Below, in pieces: positions 37,531 through 49,370 of a stretch of DNA of 64,000 bases; the first letter of the stretch is position 1, and each line of letters begins with the position of its first letter. A program made the translations under genes and the position numbers. Under the pieces are notes generated by a model that did no database searches, was not told where the DNA came from, and saw nothing but the letters and a program-made list of their open reading frames with translations. Source of the stretch: Glaucostegus cemiculus (taxonomy: Eukaryota); assembly GCA_976551045.1 (NCBI GenBank), contig CDPCPM010000180.1, positions 13,144,001 to 13,208,000 of the forward strand, in the 5' to 3' direction.

Positions 37531-39061
37531 TGTTATGATATTGTGTTAATCAATATTAATTATTGTTAGCAGTTTTCCAGGCATTTTGCTGCTTGAATTG
37601 GGATAACTTCTAAAATGTGTTAGTGCAGCAAACTGCCTAATGCACGGCCATTTATTTTTCTCTCTATGAAGAATGCTGTGAAGTGTTTAAAACTGTTGTC
37701 ATCTGTTTCTCTGAGGATGCCACTTTATTAAGTGGCCCCAGAAAGAGGAAAGAACATTGAGCAAGTTACATTTCTGTCCCTCGAGGGTATCTTTTTGTTT
37801 TCTAATTTTGATTCTTATGTTTTAAAGAAAGCAAACTGATGTTTTATTGGTGTCATCACTTTGGGAACAAGAATCCTTTTAATCAATTGTGCACAGAACA
37901 TCCTGCTTTAAATTAACTGTGATGTTTCAAACCCAGTAACTGACACAAAACAAGGAAAATTGTGGGTTTCAGTTATTTAGTAGTAAGCAATGAGTAATAA
38001 TGTAGCAGCCATTACGTCCATATCAATTTAAATCACTAATAATAATGAATGCAGAAGGCATACCTCTAGCAAGCTTTTGTTTGCTAATGAGGCCCTCAAA
38101 GTATCCTTGGAAAAATTGTGTAGCATCCAGATCAACTCATGAAAATCCTCAGAGGCTCCCAACATCGTGCAATACCTCCCCCACCACTGCATCAACCTCT
38201 CCCATTCAGTTTGGGAAACCTCGGGCTCAGAGAAACTGGAAAGATAAACTGGACAATGATTTCTGACCTTCAGCTTCAGCTACAGACCATGGGGAACTGT
38301 GGCCTACAGGAATCAAGGGCAGAATACTAACAACAAAACTATCTAATCAATAGGGAAGAAAGTAGAACAATTGTTTTTAGTCATCTGCAGGTGAAGCGTG
38401 GGTGTAAGGAAAGGGCACTGCAGCAGAATGAGAAAGTGAAATTGATAAATTGCTAATGGGCTACAACATGAAAGTGATTAGACTGTGTCCTGGATCAGCA
38501 ACAGATAGGAGTCTCTGTGAATTAGAAAAGAAATGTTTAACGAAGTGTGACAAATTAGGATCATTGTATGTTGTAGGAGGCCTAAATTATAAAGAGACAC
38601 TCAGTGAGAACAGCACAAAAGCACATATTTCATTTCTTAGACAGTACCCTCTAATTATCTCAATTCCAGCATTTCAGAAGTATTGCTTTAGCTAAGGTGC
38701 ATTCACAATCATAGCAAAGTTACTGCTCCATGACAGATTGCTTATCACATGGAGCACATCATTGTCACATTAAGTTATAAGACCAACAATGAAAGATGAA
38801 TCGGGTGCATGAAATGTTAGCTTCCACTGAAGATACTCGCCTAAATTATTCCATTTATTATTGGTAGACAAGAAAGGAAGCATGATCAGGAATATAAATA
38901 TGTGTCTTCGACACTGTTATTCTTATTAAGAATTTTCTTATAAACTTAGAAGATACACTAAAAGAACAGTGGTGATATTACAACATAGGAGCAATGCTGA
39001 AGTAGCCCAGTGAGGAAAACTGAAATAGCTATGGGTGAAGTGGACCTTGGTCTTCACATTC

Positions 39062-39990
39062 ATACAGTCATGGAGCCATAGAGTTGCACAGCAGAGAAAT
39101 GGGCCTTCCAGCCCACCAAGTCCATGCCAATCAGTTTGCCCATCTACATTAATCCCACGTCAGCATGAGGTCCGTATCTTTCTATGCCTTGCCTATTCAA
39201 GATCCTATCCAAATGGCTCTTTAACATAGTGATTGTACCTGATTCCTCCACCACCTCTGATAGCCAGTTCCAGTTCTCTGTTTAAAAAAGCATCTTTCTC
39301 AGATTCCCTTTAAAATCCCTTCCCCTCACTCAAATCTATGTCCTTTTGTTTTTGATACCTTTGCCATGGAAAAAAATAATGCTGATTATCTACACTACCT
39401 GTGCCTCTCATAATTTGTTTATACCTCTATCAGATCACTCTTCAGCATCCTCCACTCCGGGGAAAACAAGCTCAGTCCATCTAATCTCTCCCCATAATTA
39501 AAGTCATCAAATCCAGGCAATACCGTGCTGAATCCCCTCTCCAGCACAATTAGATCCTTTCTAATAATGCGGTGATTGGAATTGCACACAGTACTCCAAG
39601 TGTGGCCTAACCAGTGTTTTATAAAGTTGCAATATAATTCCCAACTTTTATATTCTATTCCCCATGCTTTGCTATATGCTTTCTTCATTATCCTATCGAC
39701 CAGTGTTGCCACTTTCATGGAACTTGAGACGCAAGATCCCTCTGTTCATCAACATCCCTTACTGTATATGTCCTACCCCTAACTGACTTCCCAAAATGCA
39801 CTACTTTGTACTGTCATGATTTATTGAATTCCATTTGCCTGTGCTCTGCCCAGCTTTCTATCTGTTCTATATCCTGATATAGCTTTAGACAACCTTCCTC
39901 ACTATCCACGACACCACCAACTTTCGTATCAGATGTAAACCTAGTAACCGTACCTCCTAAATTTACATCATCATTAATGTATATCACAAA
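39062..39990 (-). mobile_element. CR1 LINE 3' part
   Basis: KVATLVDRIMKKAY, NYGERL..LFSPEWR.LKSDLIEV; decayed FADDTKVGGVVDSEEG region near 39900-39940. Confidence 0.85.
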
Positions 39991-40084
39991 CTATGTTTCT
40001 TGGAAATTGCAGGATAAAGGGAAGAATATGAGATTTAAGAAGATTTAAGAAGTTCTAGAGCTTTGAAATCTAGGGAAATTTTTT

Positions 40085-40408
40085 TTATGGATTCTGCTGG
40101 CAAGGACACATTTATCATTCACACATTTTCTTTGAACTAAGTGACTTGCTTGACCATCCCATAAAGTACTGCTGAATATGAAGTCTCAGCAAGAGCAACA
40201 AAGATGAGAAATCCTCTCCTAAAGAGTGTCAGTGAATCAGATGGAGTTTTACAACAATCTTATAGTTAATTGGTTACCATTATTGATAATATTATGGGAA
40301 TTTAAAGTATACCATTGCCATGGTGGGATGCAATTCTGGATTAGGTCTCTGGATCAACAATCCAGTCTTCTGTATGACAGTCTGGTAACTTTACCACTAT
40401 TGTGCCAT
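40085..40408 (-). mobile_element. Old tRNA-derived SINE
   Basis: Minus strand begins GGCACAATAGTGGTAAAGTTACCAGACT (A-box-like); body related to 2905-3180. Confidence 0.5.
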
Positions 40409-41989
40409 ATCTATTAAAAACAGAAGATACAATGATTCCTTACTTAGAAGTAAGGAGGAATAAGAGGTTGTCGGATAATGGATGGCACCTTAGGAGAAAC
40501 AAAACCAACAAGCTAGGAGGTGAGTAAATCAAATAAAATTGTAGATGCTAGAAATCTGAAATAAAAATAGGAAATATTGGAAACACTCAGCAGGTCAGGC
40601 AGTCTCTGTAGAAAGAAATGTTAACCTTTTTAGATCAGGTATAAACCATGTTTAAAATATAAATAAAAAACAAGGGAATATAATGAACTTGGGAGGTGAT
40701 AGAGGAGAAAAAGGATTGGTTGCCAGAATGTGTTTTTCCTAATGTAGGCTAAGTTTATTTGTACTAGTCGACGAAACTGAAATAAAAATGTCATGATTAA
40801 ACTTTTTTACAATAGCTCATTTTTGGACTTCTTTCAGAATAAAATATCTAACCAAATGCATAAAAATATTTGGTTCTGCACATTGGTCCTAATTCATACT
40901 GTGCATTGAATCTGTTATTATTACTGCCAGCTATATTTTGCAACATCTGCTCATTAATTTGAATTCAACATGCACAGGTAAACATTATATTTTGTGGTTG
41001 ATCTATAATTGATGAAAAATGTTAAATTATATCATTCAGACACTGTCCTGGGAGCAGCTCTAGAAATTACATAAAAAATCACACATATTTAGGACATGAC
41101 TTAGTTGTCCTGAGCTAGATCAATGAATTCAGCTTCAGAGATTCTGGCTTGTTATTTGTATAGATTAAATACTGATGTACAGCATTTCCTCCATGTGAAA
41201 TGGGCTGCTTAATTTAGCAATAATGAAACTGAAGATCTGGTTTATTGAATAATGATAGGATTAACACAGACTAGGTATTCCCCTGAACATGGATTGTATT
41301 CGTCACATATCTTTGTTCAATCATTGCTAATATAACTCTATTAGATAGAAATATCATGCTTACTGCTCTGACATATACTACTGAAGTGGTGTAAATTGTT
41401 GGACTCAAAATTGCAATATATTAGACTATAAATTAGCTTTAATAACCTGATGGCAAGTGCACTGCAATGTTACATGATCGCAATAAAATATTTGATTATT
41501 AGGTTTGACCTTGTGCACAAGACAATTGCAGCATACAATTTCTGCAATACTACATACGTTACTGTTCATTATCATTTGATTATTTCCGTCTTCATTCCTT
41601 GGACTGTTGTGACTCGATAAGATTCACTGCTGTAAGGGATCCATTACAGAAAAGCTTCATGATTTGAATAACTCCTAAGTACTTGAAAGAATTGTAAAGC
41701 CTTATTTTGTACTTCTACAATCCATGCAAAATCCTATTACTTCTGCTGCACTGGATTAATTAGTTTTAGGCTGCGTGTATCAACAAGTTTGCATGCATAT
41801 TTTGGGGCAGATGGAAGAAATGCATTTTATATGGAAAACTATTCTTTTCTTGCAGAGAAGCCTGAAAGAAGTTGTTTTGACACCATGATATAGTATGTAG
41901 TTGATATGATGATATAATTTGAATCTGTTTTTGTGCAAACTGACCTCAATTTTGACTCTGATCTGGCCAATATGTGTATCAACGTGCAA

Positions 41990-42560
41990 GTTAAGAGGTG
42001 GAGTAGGTCAGTTGGCCCTCTAGCCTGCTCTGCCATTCAATAAGTTTCTGACTAATCTGACTGTAATCTTAACTGTGCATACCTGCCTATCCATGGTAAA
42101 ATGTCACTCTTATCAAGAGTCTATATACCAGTGACTTAAAAATATTTGAAGTATCTGCGTCCCCTGCCCTTTAAGGAAGAATTCCACAGACTCATGACCC
42201 ACCAAGAGAAAAAAACTGCCTCACTTCTTCCTTAAAAGGGTGACCCCTCCCCACTTATTTTTAATTAGTGATTCCTAGTTCTAGATTCTCCTAAGAGTGA
42301 AATCATTCTCTCTGCATTCATTCTGTCAGCACCCATCAGGATCTTTTATCTTTCAATCAGTCCCTTTCATTCTACTAAACTTTAGTAGAGACAAGCCTAG
42401 CATCTCCAACCTATCTTCTTAAAGCAATCCACCCATTCCAAGTATTAGTTTAGTAAATGTCCTCTGAACTGCTTCCAAGCTTTAACATCCTTCTTTAAGT
42501 AAGAAGATCTATACAGTACTCCAGTATTCCAGTACTCCAGATGTGATCTAACCAATGCTC
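41990..42560 (-). mobile_element. Older CR1 LINE 3' part
   Basis: GGAGTAGGTCAGTTGGCCCTCTAGCCTGCTCTGCCATTCAATAAG tail; GAATTCCACAGACTC; CAGTACTCCAGATGTG (HLEY). Confidence 0.75.
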
Positions 42561-42976
42561 AATGTGGAACTAACTAGATGGGGAGGACAGTTAAGTTAAT
42601 AGTTTACCCCTCTGTCTGATCCTATTCACCTTCCCACCTTATCCAAATGTTAACCTGCTCTTACAGACACTAAAGTGGGCAAAGTCCAATTAAAAATTGT
42701 AAATACTGCCATTATTAAGAATAGGGCTGGTAAAACTAGTACCATTTAAACAATTCCTGGAAAACATCATCCCTGCAGCAATCAAAGTCATTGTGAATCA
42801 AAAACCTAGGATTCTAGATAAGGCATTTATCTAAATAGCTGGGGAAGGGGCTGAAGGACAAGATTCAGATGAAGAGCATTTAGAAAGTTAAGCAGAACAG
42901 ACAAGGCAATAGTGCTGGTTAGCAGAATAGTTAATGATCACCAGAAAGTGTCAGGAAGGGAAGTATAACAGTACAG

Positions 42977-43211
42977 TGTAGCAGCCAGCAGGGTGCGACT
43001 TAAAAGACCATGAGGACACGGAGACTTGATCGAGCACTTTTTAATAACTCACCACAAGCCACACATAACCCGAACTAACTAAAAACATGGCCGGCGGAAG
43101 TAACGTCATACTCCCGCCGGAAGTCCCGCCTTCCGGCACTATCGCCAGAACTCGCGCATTTCCCCGCAACGGCCGATGGCGTTTCAGATCTCAACATCAT
43201 GAGTCGCTACA
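42977..43211 (-). repeat. 3' LTR (235 bp)
   Basis: TGTAGC...GCTACA termini; 17 substitutions vs the other LTR by manual count; ATTAAA on minus strand near 43040. Confidence 0.97.
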
Positions 43212-43228
43212 CCCCCCCCCCCCCCCCC
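43212..43228 (-). other. Polypurine tract (G17)
   Basis: C17 run on + directly abutting the 3' LTR. Confidence 0.9.
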
Positions 43229-46200
43229 AGAAACGCCCAGCAGAGGTGCGGGGCCATCAACCCGACCGCCCAGCTTGGGAGGCCGACCCCGCCGGTGTGG
43301 CGAAGGCACCCTGACCGGGAGTGCAATGTCCAGATGCGCCGGCTTCAGGCGGTCCACTGTGAAAGTCTACTCACGACCCCCAACCTCGATGACATATGTT
43401 GAACCACTGCACCAGACCACCCGAAAAGGCCCCTCGTACGGCTTCTGCAGGGGCGACCCATGTGCTCCCCGGCGGATGAAAACGTACTCACAGCCCTGGA
43501 GGTCCTTCAGAACGAAAGAAGGTGCTGTGCCGTGCCTGGAGGCCGGGATCGGTGCCAAGGTCCCCACCTTGGCCCTCAGCTTCGCTAACACTTCCGCTGA
43601 GGTCCCTGCTGGGTCCTGAGCCCCTGGTACGAACTCGCCCGGTACCGTGAGGGGGGAACCGTAGACCAGCTCGGCTGAGGAGGTGTCCAAATCTTCCTTG
43701 GGGGCCGTACGGATGCCCAGCAGGACCTAGGGGAGCTCGTTTGTCCAGTTAGGTCCCTGCATGCGAGCCATCAGGGCGGACTTGAGATGCTGGTGGAAGC
43801 GCTCCACCAAACCATTGGCCTGCGGGTGGTATGCTGTGGTGTGATGCAGGTGGGAACCCAGGAGCTGCGCCAGTGCCGTCCACGAGCCGGACGTGAACTG
43901 CGCCCCTCGGTCGGGGGTAACGTCCGCTGGGAGGCCAAACCGGGCAATCCAGTGGGCAATGAGGGCTCTGGCACAGGACGCGGTGGACGTGTCTGCCAGC
44001 GGCACTGCCTCTGGCCACCTGGTGAACCTGTCCACCACAGTGAAAATGTACCTGGCGCCCCGGGAAACTGGCAGTGGTCTGACGATGTCCACGTGGATGC
44101 GCTGGAACCTGCCGGTGTTGGCTGAAAATGCTGGAGGGGAGCCTTCACGTGCCGCTGGACCTTGGCTGTCTGACAGTGCACGCAGGTTCTGGCCCAGTGC
44201 CCAACCTGCTTGCGTAGACCATGCCATACGAATTTTTCTGCCACCATCCTGATAGTTGCCCTGATGGACGGGTGGGACAGGCTATGTAGGGCGCCGAAAC
44301 CCGTCGTCTCCATGCTGCTGGCACCACTGGCCGGGGTCTGCCAGTAGACGTGTCACACAGGAGCTGGATCGCTGTAGGGCCAACAGGAACATCTTCCAGC
44401 CGGAGTCCCGAGAGCGCAGTGCGGTATGTCGGGATCTCTTTGTCTGCCTGCTGCGCTTGCACCAGCGCCGTGTAGTCGACGCCTGTGGCTGGGGTGGTCA
44501 CTGAATGGATGTGGGGGCAGGACAGCGTGTCGGCGACCACATTGCTCTTCCCAGCGATGTGGTGGATGTCGGTGGAAAACTCCGAAATGAAGGAGAGGTG
44601 CCATTGCTGCCGAGCCGACCACGGGTCCGACGTCTTAGCCAAGGTAAACGTGAGGGGCTTGTGGTCTGTGTAGATGGTAAAGTACCTCCCCTCAAGGAAA
44701 TAATGGAAATGGCGGACAGCCAGGTAAAGAACCAGCAGCTCCCTATCAAAAACGCTGTACCTGACCTCTGGCGGCCGCAAATGTCGGCTGAAAAAAGTGA
44801 GCGGTCTCCACTGGCCCTCAACGAGTTGTTCCAAAACCCCACCGACCACCGTATCAGAAGCGTCGACAGTGAGCGCTGTGGGGACGTCGACTCTTGGGTG
44901 CACCAAAAGTGTTGCCTTGGCCAGTGCCTCCTTAGCCTGATTGAAAGCTGCCGAGGCCTCCGCGTCCCAAACAACATCCTTGGCCTTGCCGGCCATGAGT
45001 CCGAACAAGGGTCGCATGATGCGTGCTACTGCTGGCACAAAATGGTGGTAGAAGTTCACCATTCCCACAAATTCTTGCAGGCCCTTGACCGTGTAGGGCT
45101 TGGGAAATTGGAGGACGGCCTGCACCTTGTCGGGTAGTGGGGTGGCACCAAGCTGGTTCACCCTGTGGCCCAAGAAGTTGATCTCCCGCAGCCCGAACTG
45201 GCACTTCGCCAAGTTGATCACCAACCCGTGGTCGCTCAGGCGCTGGCAGAGCTGATGGAGATGGGCTGAGTGCTCCTTGCGTGACTTGCTGGCTACCAGG
45301 ATGTCATCCAGGTACACAAAAGCAAAATCGAGGCCTCTGCTCACTGAGTCCATTAGCCATTGAAAAGTCTGGGCGGCGTTCTTTAGGCCGAAAGGCATTC
45401 GGAGGAACTCGAACAGCCCAAAGGGGGTGATGAGGGCTGTTTTGGGCATGTCGTCGGGGTGAACAGGGATCTGATGGTATCCCCGGACCAGGTCAATCCT
45501 AGAGAAAATGGTCGCCCCATGGAGGTTCGCTGTGAAGTCCTGGATGTGGGACACAGGGTACCTGTCGGCAGTCGTGGCATCATTGAGTCTCCACAGGGTC
45601 TCCAGCCCGCCACTGCTTTGGGCACCATGTGGAGCGGGGATGCCCATGGGCTGTCGGAATGGCGGATGATGCCCAACTCCTCCATCCTGCGAAACTCCTC
45701 CTTGGCGAGGCGGAGCATGTCGGGCGGGAGCCTGCGGGCACGGGCATGTAGTGGAGGTCCCTGTATGGTGATGTAGTGCTGCACGCCGTGCTTGGGGACT
45801 GCAGCGGAGAATTGAGGGGTGATAATGGAAGGAAACTCTGCCAACACCTTAGCAAACTCGTCGTTGGAGAGTGCAACAGAGTCAAGGTGGGGGGCAGGTG
45901 ACCGGGCCTTCCCGAGCTGGTAGCTTTGGAAAGTCTCAGCATGGACCAGACGCCGGCCCTTCAGATCGACCATCAAGCGGTTGGCGCGCAGGAAATCCGC
46001 CCCTAGCAGTGGCTGCGATACCGCTGCTACAGTGAAAGTCCAGGTAAACAAACTGGTCCCAAAACGTAACGGGATGGTGTGCAGGCCGTAGGTGCAGATG
46101 GTAGAGCCGTTCGCAGCGGTGAGTTCTGGGCCTTTGACCGCGTTGCGGGTATCCATGTTGGAGGGGGGAAGGACGCTGATTTCGGCCCCCATATCCACCA

Positions 46201-46297
46201 GGAAACGCCGCTCAGTGAGCCGGTCCCAAAGGAAGAGTAGGCTGTCTCCCTGGCCAGCCGTCGAAGCCACTAACGACGGCCGGCCTCGGCGTTTCCC
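43229..46297 (-). pseudogene. pol: pol (protease, RT, RNase H, integrase), disabled
   Basis: FLVDMGAEIS (DTG altered), [65 protein letters not shown]. Frameshifts near 45590, 44300 and 44120; stops at 43727-43729 and 43367-43369. Confidence 0.95.
46252..46297 (-). promoter_or_regulatory. Predicted -1 ribosomal frameshift signal
   Basis: G GGA AAC (46297-46291) in gag phase, 5-nt spacer, stem GGCCGGCCGTCG / CGACGGCTGGCC; pol continues in the -1 frame. Confidence 0.85.
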
Positions 46298-46974
46298 GGG
46301 AAAGAACACGGCAGCTGGCAGTGGCGCGCATTTGTCCCCCACCTCTTGTGGTAGAAACACCAGTTCCCTGGGCCTTTGTCTTTGTCCTCTGCGGGCCCTG
46401 ACTGTTTGGGTTTCGGAACCTTAGCCGGAGGCTACGAGGCTGACGCTACGCAGGCGGAGGTCACTCCTCGCTGCTGACTGCACCAAATGACATCTGCTGT
46501 GGCCGCGAGGGCACGCGAGTCGCTGAAATCTCCATCGGCGAGGAGGGGGCGCATATCATCCAGGAGTTGCTCGAGGAATAGCTGCCGGAACAGGAAACAT
46601 GGCTGATGGTCGTCCATGAGTGCCAGCATCTTGTCTATCAACTCGGAGGGCTTGCAGTCACCTAGGCCATCCATATGGAGGAGCCTCGTGGCTTGGTCGT
46701 TGAGGGAAAGGCCGAATGTGCGGATGAGGAGAGCCTTGATTCGGGCGTACCTGTCCTCCGTCGGTGGCTGGCGTTGGAAATCGATGATGCGACCAGCCAT
46801 GTCCTGGTCGAGGGCGCTGACCACGTAGCAATACTTCGTGGCGTCGGCTTCGATGCCCCTGACGCTGAACTGGGCCTCGGCCTGCTCAAACCAGACTCGA
46901 GGCTGCGAGGTCCAGAAAACCGGGAGCTTGAGTGCCACGGAGTTGTGGGAGGCAGTATCCGTCGGGGTCACCAA
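46270..46974 (-). pseudogene. gag: gag with C-x2-H-x9-C-x3-C (CHCC) knuckle; one premature stop
   Basis: KLPVFWTSQPRVWFEQAEAQF; TAG at 46432-46434; same frame continues to WCFYHKRWGTNARHCQLPCSFPGNAEAGRR* (stop 46270-46272). Confidence 0.9.
46960..46973 (-). other. Primer binding site, tRNA-Trp
   Basis: TGGTGACCCCGACG, 2 nt after the 5' LTR, complementary to the vertebrate tRNA-Trp 3' end (..CGTCGGGGTCA-CCA, from memory). Confidence 0.88.
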
Positions 46975-46975
46975 A

Positions 46976-47210
46976 TGTAGCAGCCAGCAGGGTGCGACTT
47001 AAAAGACCATGAGGACACGGAGACTCGATCGAGCACGTTTTAGTAACTCACCACAAGCCACACATAACCTGAACTAACTAAAAACATGGCTGACGGAAGT
47101 GACGTCATACTCCCGCCAGAAGTCCCGCCTTCCGGCACTATCGTGGGAACTCGCGCGTTTCCCCGCAACGGCAGACGGTGTTTCAGATCCCGACATCATG
47201 AGTCGCTACA
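46976..47210 (-). repeat. 5' LTR (235 bp)
   Basis: Direct repeat of 42977-43211; adjacent to the PBS. Confidence 0.97.
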
Positions 47211-47507
47211 ACAGATCCAATTAGAGTCAGAAAAGGGGAAAGTGAGGGGAAAAAAGACAAAACTGAAGATTCCTTATCTAAATCCATGTAGCCTTTGTAA
47301 TAAGATTGACGTGTTCACATGAATAGAAAAAAATGGGTGTGAACTGAATGTCTCTATTAAGGGAAATAGAGGAGGGTTAGCTCTGGTAATAAAAGATGAG
47401 ATAAAGGCAATGGAAAGAAAAAAATTCTTAGCTTGAAAATCAAGAAGTATAATCAGTTTGGGTGGAGCTGAGAGAAGTCAGGAACATAACTCATTGGTTG
47501 AAGTCAC

Positions 47508-47625
47508 ATGAGTGGTAGAGAAATGGGGGCTATGTGGGAGGGAAGGATCTTAGAGCAAGCTAAAATGTCGGCACATCATTGTGGGCCAAAGGGCCTGTAC
47601 TGTGCTGTAATGTTCTATGTTCTAA
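47508..47625 (+). mobile_element. Short CR1 3'-tail insertion inside the older CR1
   Basis: GTCGGCACATCATTGTGGGCCAAAGGGCCTGTACTGTGCTGTAATGTTCTATGTTCTA. Confidence 0.75.
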
Positions 47626-48191
47626 CCCTAACGGTAGTTGTAATATACAGCACAGTAACACATTTAATACTGAGGTCAAGAGGGATACTAGAAACAAAAT
47701 ACCAGTAACAATTCCTTAATATACTAATCTAAAAAACTATTAATTCAGGAACAGAAGACTTTAGATCTACTATGGTACAATGAGAAAGGGTTAATTAGTT
47801 AGGGAACCTTTAGAAAAGAATATCATAATACAATAGAATATTATATCAAGATAGAAAAGTGATTTAGTTCTCTCTCAAACCAGAATCTTAACTCTGAATA
47901 AAGCAAACTACAAAGGTATGAAGTATTAATTGGCTGTGGGAGATGGACCAGCAACGGGTAACATTTAAGAAAAATGTTACATTGTTTGAAATAAATATAT
48001 AACCTCTTCAGTGCTCAAAAACACAACTGAAAAAAGTGATCCAATGTAACTAACTAGAGAAGTTAAAGATAGTATCTGGTCAAAGGAAAAGACTAATAAT
48101 ATTACCAAGAAGAGCAGTAAACCTGAGGAATGGGAACATTTCAGATGTCAGTAAAGGAGGACTGAAAACTTGATAAAGAAAGGAAACATGA

Positions 48192-49370
48192 AGAACATAA
48201 GAAAGTGGGAGCTGGAATAGGCCACCCTGAGCCTCAAGCCCACCCCTTTATTCATTATGATTATGGCTGATCTGCCCCAAGCCTTGTCTTCTCTCTTGTG
48301 CCAGTTCCCCTTAGCCCACAATGTCCTAATCTTTCACAAATATATGTATTTCCTCTTTAAGTACCTCCAGTGTACCAGCTGCACAACCCTCTGGGATAGA
48401 GAAGTCCAGAGATTCTCCACCCTCTGCAAGAAGTTCTTCCCATGCACCTCAATTTTAAATGACCTCTCCCCAGCCTTGTAACTCTGTTCCATCATTTGAG
48501 GTCCTCCCACTGGTGGAAGTAGCTCAACCTCTACCCAGTCCTGCTCCCTAATCATCTTACATATTTCAGTAAGATCACTCCTCATTCTTCTGAATTCCAA
48601 ATAATATAGATCCAGTTTCTTTAGCTGCTCGTGGTAAAACAACCCCCTCTCTCCAGGAGTTAGCTTGGTGAATCTCTTTTGGACTGCCTCCAATGTAAGT
48701 AGATCCTTTCTTAAAGAAAGGAAGCCTAATTGTGTACAGTGCTCCAGCTGTAGCCTTACCAGTGCTCTGTCCGCTTATAACAATATACTGTAATTCCCTC
48801 TTTCTAAACTCCATCCCTCTTGCAATAAAGCCCAATATCTCATTTGCTTTCCTTACCACCTGCTACACCTACCTGCCAACTTTTGTGATTCCTTTGTACT
48901 AAGATCATCTGCAATCTTGCTCTAGTTAGATATGAGTCTGCCTTTAAATTCTTCTCACTGAAGTGCATGACCTCTCATTTTCCCACATTAAATTCCACTT
49001 CCCAAGTTCTTGCCCACTCAATCAACCTATCTATATCCCACTGCAGTCATGTGTTAACTTGAATGCATTAGAATTTGCCCTGTCCTGCAAGTCATTAACA
49101 TAAATCATAAATAATTGAAGTCAAGAATTTGTCCACTAATTACATCCTTTCAACCCAAGAAAACAAGTGATTATTCTGACCAATTATCGATCCATGCTAA
49201 TACACTTACATATGCTATTTTCTTGTACATCAGCCTTTTTATATGGCACCTTGTCAAATGCTTTCGTAAAATCCAAATACATAACATATACAGGTTCCCC
49301 TCTATCAACTCTGCCTGTTACATTCTCAAAATACTCCAGCAAATATGCTCAATAGGATTTATGTTTCATA
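48192..49370 (-). mobile_element. CR1 LINE RT and 3' end
   Basis: VIYLDF.KAFDKVP (about 49245-49290), KANEILGFIARG, EAVQKRFTKL, FRRMRSDL; AAGAACATAAGA tail on +. Confidence 0.88.

Larger units (their letters stand above)
42977..47210 (-). mobile_element. Full-length, disabled Ty3/Gypsy LTR retrotransposon, CsRn1-like clade
   Basis: Two 235-bp TG..CA LTRs, ACAG TSD (42973-42976, 47211-47214), PBS, PPT, and gag-PR-RT-RH-IN order. Confidence 0.97.
42830..48190 (+). mobile_element. Old CR1 LINE 5' region (ORF1 end / ORF2 endonuclease), host of the Gypsy insertion
   Basis: CTAAATAGCTGGGGAAGGGG resembles a CR1 ORF1 end. Right of the LTR: LKIPYLNPCSLCNKID (cf. endonuclease YxNARS), RGGLALVIKDEI, SVWVEL; purine-rich sense strand. 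Confidence 0.6.

Noticed and set aside
44100-45620. Internal pol frame changes as programmed frameshifts
   Set aside because: They fall inside conserved motifs (e.g. truncated WRPCGDYRRLN) with no slippery site or hairpin seen; best read as post-insertion indels or sequence errors.
43087-47322. Many plus-strand ORFs over the Gypsy element, including two similar LTR ORFs (MAGGSNVILPPEV / MADGSDVILPPEV)
   Set aside because: Antisense shadows of GC-rich gag/pol; the similar pair is just the LTR duplication.
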